From: a virus
Strand: one strand, 5' to 3'
Virus record (IMG/VR): IMGVR_UViG_3300002461_000401
Location: 1 to 64,000 of that record
DNA length: 64,000 nt
The position numbers were made by a program, and so were the translations under genes. Positions 45,219 to 53,248 of the stretch are shown here, piece by piece. The notes below the pieces were generated by a model. The model worked only from the letters and a program-made list of their open reading frames with translations. It did no database searches and was not told where the DNA came from. Numbering within the stretch: the stretch's first letter is position 1; each line of letters begins with the position of its first letter.

Positions 45219-46418
45219 GTGCAGACCTTCACCGGCCTCGAATATCTCAAGATCGACATTGCCTCGAGCTTTGGGCTCGACAAGAAGACTTGGGCTGAGC
45301 GTCTCGCCTGGTTCGAGGTGAACCAAGGAAGCCTCCATGCCCAGATCAAGCAGGCCAAGGACCCGGCGCTCTACTTCGCCGGCGTCATGGCTTACGAGGC
45401 CACCATGCGTGGGGAGCCTTCGGGCTACCCCATCTCGCTGGATGCAACGTCGTCAGGGTTGCAGATCCTGGCGGCACTGACCTGCGACCGCGGCGGTGCC
45501 AGCCTTTGTAATGTGGTGAACACCGGACAGCGTGAGAATGCCTACGAGCTGGTGTGTCAGCTCATGGGTCAGCGCGTTGGGCCTGAGATGGCCAAGAACA
45601 TCAATCCTGAAGACGCAAAACAAGCGATTATGACTGCGTTGTATAGCTCAGAGAAGGTGCCCAAGGAGGTCTTCGGCGATCTCTATGACACCTTCGTCGA
45701 GACCATGGAGGACGAGGCACCTGGCGTCTGGACGCTCAACAAGGAGTTCCTGAAGCTTTGGAACCCCAATGCGCTGAGCAACGACTGGGTGTTGCCGGAC
45801 AACTTCCACGTCCATGTGAAGGTCATGAACACGGTGCCCATGAACGTGACGTTCCTGGACGAGCCCTACACCGCATTCCGCAAGGTCAATGAGCCCATGG
45901 AGGAGGGCCGATCGCTCGGAGCCAATGTGACCCACAGCATCGACGGCATGATCGTCCGTGAGATGCTGCGGCGCTGCAAGTTCGATGTCGTGAACATCGG
46001 TTATCTCCGCAAGCTGTTGGAGGGAGAGTGGGTGTGCAAAGACAACACTGAACATCACCTAAAGATGGTGAAGATCCTCTGGGGTCACTATGAGCGCACA
46101 GGCTTCCTGTCCACTCGCATCCTGGAACACCTGGACAGCTACACCCTGCATGTCGTGGATATCGACACCATTCGGTGGACGATGAATCGCCTACCGGCGA
46201 AGCCCTTCAACATTCTGACCACGCACGATTGCTTCAAGGTCCTACCAAATTACGGCAACGATCTGCGCCGGCAGTACAACAACCTGCTGGAGGAGATCGC
46301 ACGCAGCAACCTGCTGGGTGACATCCTCACGCAGCTGACTGGTGATCAGTGGGACTCCTTCAAGCTGGATCCCACCTTGGCCGACGACATCGTCAACGCG
46401 GAGTACGCACTGTCATGA
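45219..46418 (+). CDS. phage RNA polymerase II large subunit (RNAP2, N4 gp16-like)
   Basis: 399 aa. ISLDATSSGLQILAAL (motif A), KQAIMTALYSS (motif B), LTTHDCFKV (motif C). Confidence 0.9.
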   Translation: MQTFTGLEYLKIDIASSFGLDKKTWAERLAWFEVNQGSLHAQIKQAKDPALYFAGVMAYEATMRGEPSGYPISLDATSSGLQILAALTCDRGGASLCNVVNTGQRENAYELVCQLMGQRVGPEMAKNINPEDAKQAIMTALYSSEKVPKEVFGDLYDTFVETMEDEAPGVWTLNKEFLKLWNPNALSNDWVLPDNFHVHVKVMNTVPMNVTFLDEPYTAFRKVNEPMEEGRSLGANVTHSIDGMIVREMLRRCKFDVVNIGYLRKLLEGEWVCKDNTEHHLKMVKILWGHYERTGFLSTRILEHLDSYTLHVVDIDTIRWTMNRLPAKPFNILTTHDCFKVLPNYGNDLRRQYNNLLEEIARSNLLGDILTQLTGDQWDSFKLDPTLADDIVNAEYALS

Positions 46419-46672
46419 AGATCAAGGATCTGGTGGTAAGCCTAACCCCTGAGCAGAGGAAAGCTATTCTCTGGTTCTGGGACAGCACGATGACCATTCC
46501 AGCCAAGCACGTCTGGATGGCCTGGTCGCCCCGAGATGATCCCAGCGCTCCGTCGCCTGAGGTGATGTATTCACTGCTGAGGATACAACCGACCCTGATC
46601 ATCGTGGACAGTGGCCAAGTTCTTCACAGGCTCTCAGCCTACGGTAAACGAGTGAGACGTCTTCTCATGTGA
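46415..46672 (+). CDS. hypothetical protein
   Basis: 85 aa. ATGA overlap with the RNAP2 stop. Confidence 0.5.
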   Translation: MKIKDLVVSLTPEQRKAILWFWDSTMTIPAKHVWMAWSPRDDPSAPSPEVMYSLLRIQPTLIIVDSGQVLHRLSAYGKRVRRLLM

Positions 46673-46677
46673 CCAAT

Positions 46678-46722
46678 GGACCAGAACATCAGCGAAAGCT
46701 GGTGCTCTGGTCCTTATTTTTT
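46678..46722 (+). terminator. rho-independent terminator
   Basis: GGACCAGAaCAtCAGC-gaaa-GCTGgTGcTCTGGTCC followed by TTATTTTTTCTG. Confidence 0.75.
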
Positions 46723-46787
46723 CTGTTAGTGTTTTTGTAAAGTAATCAGTCTTTTTGTGGTTTTTTTATTCTTTAGGACACAACATT

Positions 46788-47204
46788 ATGAACACGCACA
46801 AGACGGATGGACCAATGAGCAAGGTTGACCGCGCCGCGCTGCGTGCGTTGGCAGAAGCTGCAACGCCGGGGGGGTGGGCACATGAGGCAGATATTCGCGA
46901 AGATCGCTGCGGTAAAAGCGAAGTGGTCGGCTGGAATATCAACTCAGGCACCCAAGAAATTATCGGGTGCGAGGGGATCCTAGGAGACGGGAAACCCGAC
47001 GCCGCCTACATCGCAGCCGCGCACCCCGCCGCCGTGCTTGAGCTGCTGGACGAAGTGGCGCGGTTGCGAGAGGCGCTGCACCTTGCTGAGCAATTCATCG
47101 TCAACGGGTGCGACCTGGGCTTCATCCGCATGCCGGATAGGGGCGACCCGGCGCTTCACACGTTGCCAGCCATCCGCGCCGCTCTCGGGAGGCCCGGCGC
47201 ATGA
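46788..47204 (+). CDS. ead/Ea22-like family protein
   Basis: 138 aa. VDRAALRALAEAATPGGW ... DAAYIAAAHPAAVLELLDEVARLREAL matches the Ea22-like pattern as I recall it. ~68-70% GC versus 50-55% in the flanks (hand counts of 60-mers). Confidence 0.65.
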   Translation: MNTHKTDGPMSKVDRAALRALAEAATPGGWAHEADIREDRCGKSEVVGWNINSGTQEIIGCEGILGDGKPDAAYIAAAHPAAVLELLDEVARLREALHLAEQFIVNGCDLGFIRMPDRGDPALHTLPAIRAALGRPGA

Positions 47205-47614
47205 CTGGCCCGCACGACACGCCCGAGGCGGTGGAGCGACACGCCGAACATCTGGCGTCCTGCTATTTGCCGGGAACCGCCGCCATGCTGCGCCGCCTGC
47301 ACCAGCGAGCGATTGATGCGGAGCGGGAGCTTATTGAGCAGGCGCGGGCAGGAAACGCTCTGTTCCGGCGCTTCCAAGCTGAACGCGACGAAGCCCGCGC
47401 AGCCCTCGCCACCGCGCGCGCTGACGCGCTGCGGGAGGCTGTGGACATCGCTGACGCGGTATCGCGCCGGGCCAGCCACAGCCGCATGCGCGCCGTTGAA
47501 GATTGCCACACCAGCGAAATCCACCACCAAGAAGGCCGGTGGCACGCAGCAAACGATATTGGCGAAGACATCGCCATCCTCGCTGCGAAACCCACCACCA
47601 CGGGAGAGACGTGA
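47201..47614 (+). CDS. hypothetical cassette protein B (ends ...AKPTTTGET)
   Basis: 137 aa, overlapping start. The C-terminal tail is shared with protein D. Confidence 0.55.
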   Translation: MTGPHDTPEAVERHAEHLASCYLPGTAAMLRRLHQRAIDAERELIEQARAGNALFRRFQAERDEARAALATARADALREAVDIADAVSRRASHSRMRAVEDCHTSEIHHQEGRWHAANDIGEDIAILAAKPTTTGET

Positions 47615-47922
47615 TGCACGATCCGAAATTGATTGAGGCTATGGCGCGGGCGATTGGTGCGCGTCTTGCGCTGCGCGGGTCTGTGAACGACGCGGCGACG
47701 GATGCTTTGCGCGATCTCTGCGCCGCGCATCCCGGCGTTGCGGCGGTGCTGCGCGGCGAGGCTGTGGCGCTCCCCAAAACACCGACAGACGCTCAATGGG
47801 ACCACATCGCTGCATCGCTTGATGCACACCCGGCCTCGCTTTTGATGGAAAGGCAGCGGCGTTGGTGGCCTGATTTTATCGCTGCCAGTCCCTACGCGCA
47901 GGAGACGCCCGATGCCCGCTGA
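47614..47922 (+). CDS. hypothetical cassette protein C
   Basis: 102 aa. GTGATG stop/start overlap. MHDPKLIEAMARAI... Confidence 0.55.
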   Translation: MHDPKLIEAMARAIGARLALRGSVNDAATDALRDLCAAHPGVAAVLRGEAVALPKTPTDAQWDHIAASLDAHPASLLMERQRRWWPDFIAASPYAQETPDAR

Positions 47923-48301
47923 CACCGCGCCCGCGTGGCCTAACCCCGCGCGCCCCGGCGTGCCGACCCTGCCGGAAGTAGATGCGTTCCATTGGCTGCT
48001 ACGGCGCAACGGCGCATGGCCAGAAGCTTGGTTGTGGCAGTCTGATGCCGACGGATGCGGCACCGAATACAGCGGTGCGTGGGCTGAAAGTGATGGCGAC
48101 GGCCAGCCTGATACTATGGCACGCTGGTATTCCTACCTCGGCCCCTGCCACACGCCGCAGGAGGTCGCCACGATCCGCGCCGAAGCCTTCGCGGCGGGGT
48201 GGATGGCGGCACGGGAAGCAAACGGCAGGATGGACATGGCGAAAGAAGTCGCCGCTGCCATCCGCGCCCTCATCCACCCCACCACCACAGGAGAGACGTG
48301 A
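47912..48301 (+). CDS. hypothetical cassette protein D (ends ...HPTTTGET)
   Basis: 129 aa, Trp-rich. Start lies inside the 3' end of gene C. Confidence 0.55.
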   Translation: MPADTAPAWPNPARPGVPTLPEVDAFHWLLRRNGAWPEAWLWQSDADGCGTEYSGAWAESDGDGQPDTMARWYSYLGPCHTPQEVATIRAEAFAAGWMAAREANGRMDMAKEVAAAIRALIHPTTTGET

Positions 48302-48342
48302 TGCACGATCCGACGATGCCCACTGACACCGCGCCCGCGTGA
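48301..48342 (+). pseudogene. fused remnant: 5' end of a C-like gene joined to the 5' end of a D-like gene, closed by TGA
   Basis: ATGCACGATCCGA (same as 47614-47626) then CGATGCCCaCTGACACCGCGCCCGCGTGa (compare 47909-47937, where the last codon is TGG). Confidence 0.6.
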
Positions 48343-48384
48343 CCCGATCCCGCGCACATCGCTAAGGACCGCGCGGATTGGCTG

Positions 48385-48690
48385 GTGGATGCAATCGCAA
48401 CCGCCACACAAGACCGCCGATACCTACGCGGCGAACCGGATGCCGATAACGTCGCCATTGACGCCATTCTAATGAATGGCGAAAAGGCAATCAGGGTTGC
48501 TCTCAACCGCTTTGCCGCCGAAGTCACCGCGCGCGAGGCGGCGACCTGGGCGGCTGGCGCGGCGGTGATGCGCGATATCTTTGCAACCATGTGTGCTGAT
48601 CTTGAGTGGCTGAACCTTGAGGTTGCCATCCGCGCCCTCCCCCTCCCGCCGATGCCTGGCACAACGCAGGGAGGCAACGCAGATGAGTGA
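48385..48690 (+). CDS. hypothetical cassette protein E (possibly the 5'-truncated part of a longer gene starting at 48316)
   Basis: 101 aa from a GTG start. The frame is continuous with ATG 48316 except for the TGA at 48340-48342. Confidence 0.45.
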   Translation: MDAIATATQDRRYLRGEPDADNVAIDAILMNGEKAIRVALNRFAAEVTAREAATWAAGAAVMRDIFATMCADLEWLNLEVAIRALPLPPMPGTTQGGNADE

Positions 48691-48904
48691 TGACGCGATC
48701 AAGCGAGCGCTGGAGGTGGCAACTCGCACGGCTTGCGGTAATTGCGATTGCTCGCCGGTGCAGCCTGGATGCTTTGCTCAGGTTGCCGAGGAAGTCGCCG
48801 CGTTTCTGGACGCCATGAACCCTCACAACAGGCGAGCCGGGTTCAACCTCGCTCGCGATGTAGAAGAAGCCGCCGCGATCCGTCTCGCGGGCGGTGCGGC
48901 ATGA
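48683..48904 (+). CDS. hypothetical cassette protein F (Cys-rich)
   Basis: 73 aa. ATG overlaps the stop of E. Contains CGNCDCSPVQPGC. Confidence 0.5.
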   Translation: MSDDAIKRALEVATRTACGNCDCSPVQPGCFAQVAEEVAAFLDAMNPHNRRAGFNLARDVEEAAAIRLAGGAA

Positions 48905-48978
48905 GTTACAAGCAGATTATTTTCGTAGGAGCCTTATTATGGCTCACCACTCTGACTTGGGTGCATCTCACTAGATAA
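48901..48978 (+). CDS. possible 25-aa hydrophobic peptide
   Basis: MSYKQIIFVGALLWLTTLTWVHLTR. ATGA overlap with F. AT-richer than the rest of the cassette. Confidence 0.3.
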   Translation: MSYKQIIFVGALLWLTTLTWVHLTR

Positions 48979-49041
48979 CTCAACTCTGTCAGCTCTTTGT
49001 TTGGTTTTGCCCCTCTCAAAGCAAAACAAGACAGACATCCA

Positions 49042-49077
49042 GGCCCGTTCCCCCGAAAGGGGGGCGGGCCTTTTCTT
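49042..49077 (+). terminator. rho-independent terminator
   Basis: GGCCCGttCCCCC-gaaa-GGGGGgCGGGCC followed by TTTTCTT. Confidence 0.8.
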
Positions 49078-49101
49078 GACCTCGAACCAAGGAATAGCAG
49101 C

Positions 49102-49587
49102 GTGACTCAAAACACTGATGTGTTTGCTGAACAGCTTCGTCGCACTCTCATTTGGGAAGGGCTCAAGCTGATTCAGCAAAAGTATCCAGAGATCAAAGTC
49201 GTCGGCGCAACTGTGGATTTCAGTGGGTCTGGTGATGACGGATCAATGGACAGTGAGCCGTGTTTGGTGATTGATCAACATCAGGGTGTTTGGCACGAAG
49301 AGTCCTATAAGGCTTTCCGGGCCAATTCTCTGCTGACAAAATCCATCATGGATGAGGTAGAACTCATCTACGACAAGCACGGCGGTGATTGGCCAGATTG
49401 GGTCAACAACGAAGGCGGCATCGGCAGTATCCAGTTCATTCTAGATGGGGAAGGCTCTGACGGTAACACCTATAAAGAGGGTGTTTGCGTCACTGTTTGG
49501 ACCAACGAAGTCATCCAGCATCAAAACAATGTCTTCAGTGAAGGTGCCCTGGATAAGGAGCCTGAGCCAGAAGAGATGCCGCAATGA
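49102..49587 (+). CDS. hypothetical protein
   Basis: 161 aa. GTG start preceded by CGAACCAAGGAA. Acidic C-terminus. Confidence 0.5.
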   Translation: MTQNTDVFAEQLRRTLIWEGLKLIQQKYPEIKVVGATVDFSGSGDDGSMDSEPCLVIDQHQGVWHEESYKAFRANSLLTKSIMDEVELIYDKHGGDWPDWVNNEGGIGSIQFILDGEGSDGNTYKEGVCVTVWTNEVIQHQNNVFSEGALDKEPEPEEMPQ

Positions 49588-49961
49588 GTCACCCTCTACT
49601 GCACGCTCAATCGTCCGCAATGATCCATGGTGGAAGGCCAGAGGATTACCTGGCTCTCCACGAGTGGTTTGATGCCTCCAAAGAGCACATGGCCAATTTT
49701 CGGCACCGTGCTCTGAGGCATCACAGCCAAGGCATTTTCGAAGCTGAGCGTGTGTTCGGAGTGTCTATCCGGAACAGCGAAGGCAAGGACGTGCCTACCC
49801 GTGTTCTAGGTGAGCAGCACGTTCGTGAAGACTGCGGCCGCATTCCCACCCTGGCTGACTGGCTCAGCAAGATTCCAGCTGAGCCCTGGATGTTCCGCGA
49901 TGTGCAGAACCTTCGAGCCACACTCTCCCATACCTCTTCGAACCAAGGAACACACGCATGA
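49584..49961 (+). CDS. hypothetical His-rich protein
   Basis: 125 aa with overlapping start and stop. Confidence 0.5.
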   Translation: MSHPLLHAQSSAMIHGGRPEDYLALHEWFDASKEHMANFRHRALRHHSQGIFEAERVFGVSIRNSEGKDVPTRVLGEQHVREDCGRIPTLADWLSKIPAEPWMFRDVQNLRATLSHTSSNQGTHA

Positions 49962-51028
49962 GCGCCGCGCTCAACCAAGAGAACGTATCGACCGTCAACA
50001 TCTATCGCACTTCGCCGCGGCGAATGCGGAGCTTTGTCCTCGACTGTCTCTATGAGGGTCTCATGCCCTGCGTGCTTGGTTCGCCTGGCATCGGCAAGTC
50101 GCAGATCATGTCCAACGTCTGTGACGAGCTGAACCTCAAGCTCATCGACCATCGTGTCGCCGGCTCGGATCCCTCCGACTTCAATGGCCTACCGGACATC
50201 AAGAACGGCCGGGCCCGCTTCGCTCCCTTCGAGGACGTGTTCCCGATCGAGGACACCGAGATCCCCGAGGGCAAGGACGGCTGGATGATCTTCTTCGACG
50301 AGATCACGTCGGCCGGCAAAGCTGTTCAGGCGGCGCTCTACAAGAGCATCCTGGATCGCATGACCGGCCAGCATCGCTTCCACGAGAACGTGGTGATGGC
50401 TGCTGCCGGCAACCTGGCCACAGATCGCGCCATCACGTCGCCTATCTCCACGGCACTCCAGTCCCGCATGATCTGGTTCGAGCTGGAGATTGCCGGCCAC
50501 GAGCAGGAGTGGATTGAAGATGTAGCTCTCAAGCACGGCTACGACAGCCGCATCGTGGGCTACCTGAGCCGCTACCCCAGCAAGCTGATGGACTTCCGCC
50601 CCGATCACGACGAGCGGACCTTCTGCTGCCCGCGGACCTGGGAGTTCATGAATCGCCTGGTGAAGGATAAGCCCGTCATCGAGGAGAAGATGCCCCTCTA
50701 CGCCGGCACCATCACCTCAGGTGTGGCCGTGGACTTCGTCCAGTTCTGCCAGGTGTACGCGAACCTGATCAGTCTGCGTGAGATCATCAGCGATCCCGCT
50801 GGCTGCCGCATTCCGCACGATCTCTCCGAACGCTGGGCCACCATCACCCACGTCATGGAGAAGATGACCGAGGAGACGTTCGAGAAGGTCACGACCTACG
50901 CGAACCGCTTCCCGCTGGACTTCAAGGTCCTCTTCTTCCGTTCGATCCCCATCAAGCAACCCAAGCTCATGGCTCACCCGGCGTACCGCAAGGCGCTGGT
51001 CGAGCTGTCGCGCTACCTGCACTCCTGA
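49958..51028 (+). CDS. AAA+ ATPase (MoxR/AAA_5-like)
   Basis: 356 aa. Walker A LGSPGIGKSQ, Walker B WMIFFDEITSA. Confidence 0.8.
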   Translation: MSAALNQENVSTVNIYRTSPRRMRSFVLDCLYEGLMPCVLGSPGIGKSQIMSNVCDELNLKLIDHRVAGSDPSDFNGLPDIKNGRARFAPFEDVFPIEDTEIPEGKDGWMIFFDEITSAGKAVQAALYKSILDRMTGQHRFHENVVMAAAGNLATDRAITSPISTALQSRMIWFELEIAGHEQEWIEDVALKHGYDSRIVGYLSRYPSKLMDFRPDHDERTFCCPRTWEFMNRLVKDKPVIEEKMPLYAGTITSGVAVDFVQFCQVYANLISLREIISDPAGCRIPHDLSERWATITHVMEKMTEETFEKVTTYANRFPLDFKVLFFRSIPIKQPKLMAHPAYRKALVELSRYLHS

Positions 51029-51039
51029 GGAACACCAAC

Positions 51040-51420
51040 ATGAAGCGTTTTTCCGCCCTGGCTCTCCTGGGCCTGATGACTCTCGCCGCCTGTGACGATC
51101 CCGCCAAAGTGGCCCGACAGAACCTGATTCGTGCGGCCGACAACTTCGAGGTCAACCGGCGTATCACCTTCATCAACGGCATGACGAACCAGTCCATGCT
51201 GGTGATCGAGGGGCTCTGCTCCCTGGAAGTCCGCCCCACCGTGCTCGAGGTCATCTGCAAGACCGGCCGCGACACGTTCAAGCGGCATCATCTCGGCCTG
51301 GCCACGACCGTCTCCTACATGAGCGAGCAGATCGACCCCGCGCCGGCGAGCACCTACCGCTATCGGGTGACCTTCAACCCGACGGTGATCATTCCCGACA
51401 TCCGCCTCAACGCCCAGTGA
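51040..51420 (+). CDS. predicted lipoprotein
   Basis: 126 aa. MKRFSALALLGLMTLAAC has a signal peptide and lipobox LAAC. Confidence 0.6.
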   Translation: MKRFSALALLGLMTLAACDDPAKVARQNLIRAADNFEVNRRITFINGMTNQSMLVIEGLCSLEVRPTVLEVICKTGRDTFKRHHLGLATTVSYMSEQIDPAPASTYRYRVTFNPTVIIPDIRLNAQ

Positions 51421-51435
51421 ACGGGAGAGCATCTG

Positions 51436-51645
51436 ATGGACGGATCTCAGGTTCAGCGATCTGAGCCCCACGTCATCAACATCAGCATCAAGAAGGGTCC
51501 GATCGACCGGACCTTCCTGATCGGGATGGGGGCGATCAAGTACCACGTCTATGCCAGCTCCCTGGCTCAGGCGAAGCAGAAGGCCGTCGAGCACTTCAAG
51601 CCCAAGAAGAAGGATCGAGCTCAGATCTGGGCCCGAGAAGTCTGA
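51436..51645 (+). CDS. hypothetical small basic protein
   Basis: 69 aa. Its stop overlaps the next start. Confidence 0.45.
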   Translation: MDGSQVQRSEPHVINISIKKGPIDRTFLIGMGAIKYHVYASSLAQAKQKAVEHFKPKKKDRAQIWAREV

Positions 51646-52796
51646 TGGCCACGCTCGAGGAGATAAAAGCCAAGGCACCGGTCGAGATCGACCCCTACGT
51701 CCTGCAGCGAGAGCTCGACAAGACGAAGAGCGAGGTCTTCATCGGCAAGAACGCTGCGTTCATGGGCTCCCTGATGTGCTCCATGGACTTCATCTGGGAC
51801 GAGAACATTCTCACCGCGGCGACAGACGGTACCTGCGTCTGGTGGAATCCCCAGTTCTTCCTGGGTCTCAACGTCCCCACCAGGCGCTTCGTGCTCGTCC
51901 ATGAGCTCTGGCACCCGGCTCGGCTTCACATCCTGCGGTGCGGCAACCGGGATCCAAGGCTCTGGAACATCGCCTGCGACCATCGGATCAACAACGATCT
52001 GAAGGCCGACGGCTACAAGTTCGACGACATCCAGGAATGGATCTGCCTCGATCCGAAATACGCCGGCTGGCTCGAAGAGGACATCTACGATGACCTCGTG
52101 AAGAACCCGCCTCCTCCGCCTCCACCTGGCTGGTGTGATGACATCAAGCCCGGCAACAAGGCGTCACAGACCAAAGCGGTGAACAACACCGTGCGAGCTG
52201 TGAACCAAGCGAAAGCTGGAGGCGGTGCCGGCAACATCCCGGGAGACGTCGAGGAGATCCTCTCGAAGTTCCTGGCTCCAGTTGTTCCTTGGGAACAGGT
52301 GCTCCACAGGTTCATGAACGAGCTTGCGGACGAGGACTACACCTGGAGCCGGCCCAATCGCCGGTTCCGGACGGCCTACCTGCCCTCGCGGTATCTGGAG
52401 CTCGGTCGCCTCGAACACCTGGTCTATTTCGAGGACGTCTCTGGATCCATCACCCAAGCAGACGCCATTCGCTTCAACTCTGAGGTGAAATACGTCTGGG
52501 ATATGTACCAGCCCACGAAGATGACGCTGGCGCAGTTCGACACTCGGATCACTCAGGTGATCGAGTACGAAGAGGGCGATGAGATTAACGAGATCAAGAT
52601 CGTAGGCCGGGGAGGTACCTCCCTGGAATGCGTCCGTGACTTCATCATCGAACACCGGCCGACAGCTGCCATCATCTTCTCGGACCTCGAGTGCGATCCG
52701 ATGGAAAAGCTGCCGTTCGACATCCCCATCATCTGGGTAGCGATCCGGAATCGGAAGGCCATCGTGCCCTTCGGTGAGATCACCCACATCCGCTGA
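51645..52796 (+). CDS. metallopeptidase-like (HExxH) + vWA-like domain protein
   Basis: 383 aa. VLVHELWHPARLH (HExxH). MIDAS-type YFEDVSGSI (DxSxS). Partner of the AAA+ ATPase. Confidence 0.75.
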   Translation: MATLEEIKAKAPVEIDPYVLQRELDKTKSEVFIGKNAAFMGSLMCSMDFIWDENILTAATDGTCVWWNPQFFLGLNVPTRRFVLVHELWHPARLHILRCGNRDPRLWNIACDHRINNDLKADGYKFDDIQEWICLDPKYAGWLEEDIYDDLVKNPPPPPPPGWCDDIKPGNKASQTKAVNNTVRAVNQAKAGGGAGNIPGDVEEILSKFLAPVVPWEQVLHRFMNELADEDYTWSRPNRRFRTAYLPSRYLELGRLEHLVYFEDVSGSITQADAIRFNSEVKYVWDMYQPTKMTLAQFDTRITQVIEYEEGDEINEIKIVGRGGTSLECVRDFIIEHRPTAAIIFSDLECDPMEKLPFDIPIIWVAIRNRKAIVPFGEITHIR

Positions 52797-52807
52797 AAGC
52801 CACCACA

Positions 52808-53248
52808 ATGCGAGTCATTCAGGTGCGGTTCCCGAGCGGGGGCCGGCAATACGACTACTATGTCCAACCGGGTGACAACCCCGAGATCGGCGACCTTGTG
52901 CTGACCTCGCACATCGAGAGCTCGGAGGAAGACTCCTTCCGTGCGACCGGCATCGGTGTTGTCCGCGGTCTCCTGATCGAGGGTGCCCCTCACAAGGCGT
53001 CCAAGCCGTACCTCTTCCTGATCCCGATGAAGCTGCTCAAGCAGCGCATCGAGGAGCGCCAGCGGTTCGCTGAGTTCGCCGAGGCTCAGGCCCTGGCTCG
53101 TGCCCAGCTGCAGGCCAAGGTGAAGAAGCAGAACGAGCTCGCCGTCTTCGAGGCCCTGGCCGCGAATGATCCTGAGGCTGCCCAGCTCCTCGAGATCCTG
53201 AAGGCCACCGGCCCGACGATGCTCGCCATCGAGTGGAGCGTCAGCTGA
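52808..53248 (+). CDS. hypothetical protein (beta N-terminal domain, coiled C-terminal half)
   Basis: 146-aa ORF. Confidence 0.5.
   Translation: MRVIQVRFPSGGRQYDYYVQPGDNPEIGDLVLTSHIESSEEDSFRATGIGVVRGLLIEGAPHKASKPYLFLIPMKLLKQRIEERQRFAEFAEAQALARAQLQAKVKKQNELAVFEALAANDPEAAQLLEILKATGPTMLAIEWSVS

Noticed and set aside
47156-48677. Minus-strand ORFs inside the GC-rich cassette (47156..47545, 47263..48063, 48270..48677), plus alternative plus-strand frames (47313..47636, 47503..47613 extension, 47982..48326).
   Set aside because: At ~70% GC all six frames tend to stay open. The chosen plus-strand set shows stop/start overlaps (ATGA, GTGATG), and one member has a recognisable Ea22-like pattern.
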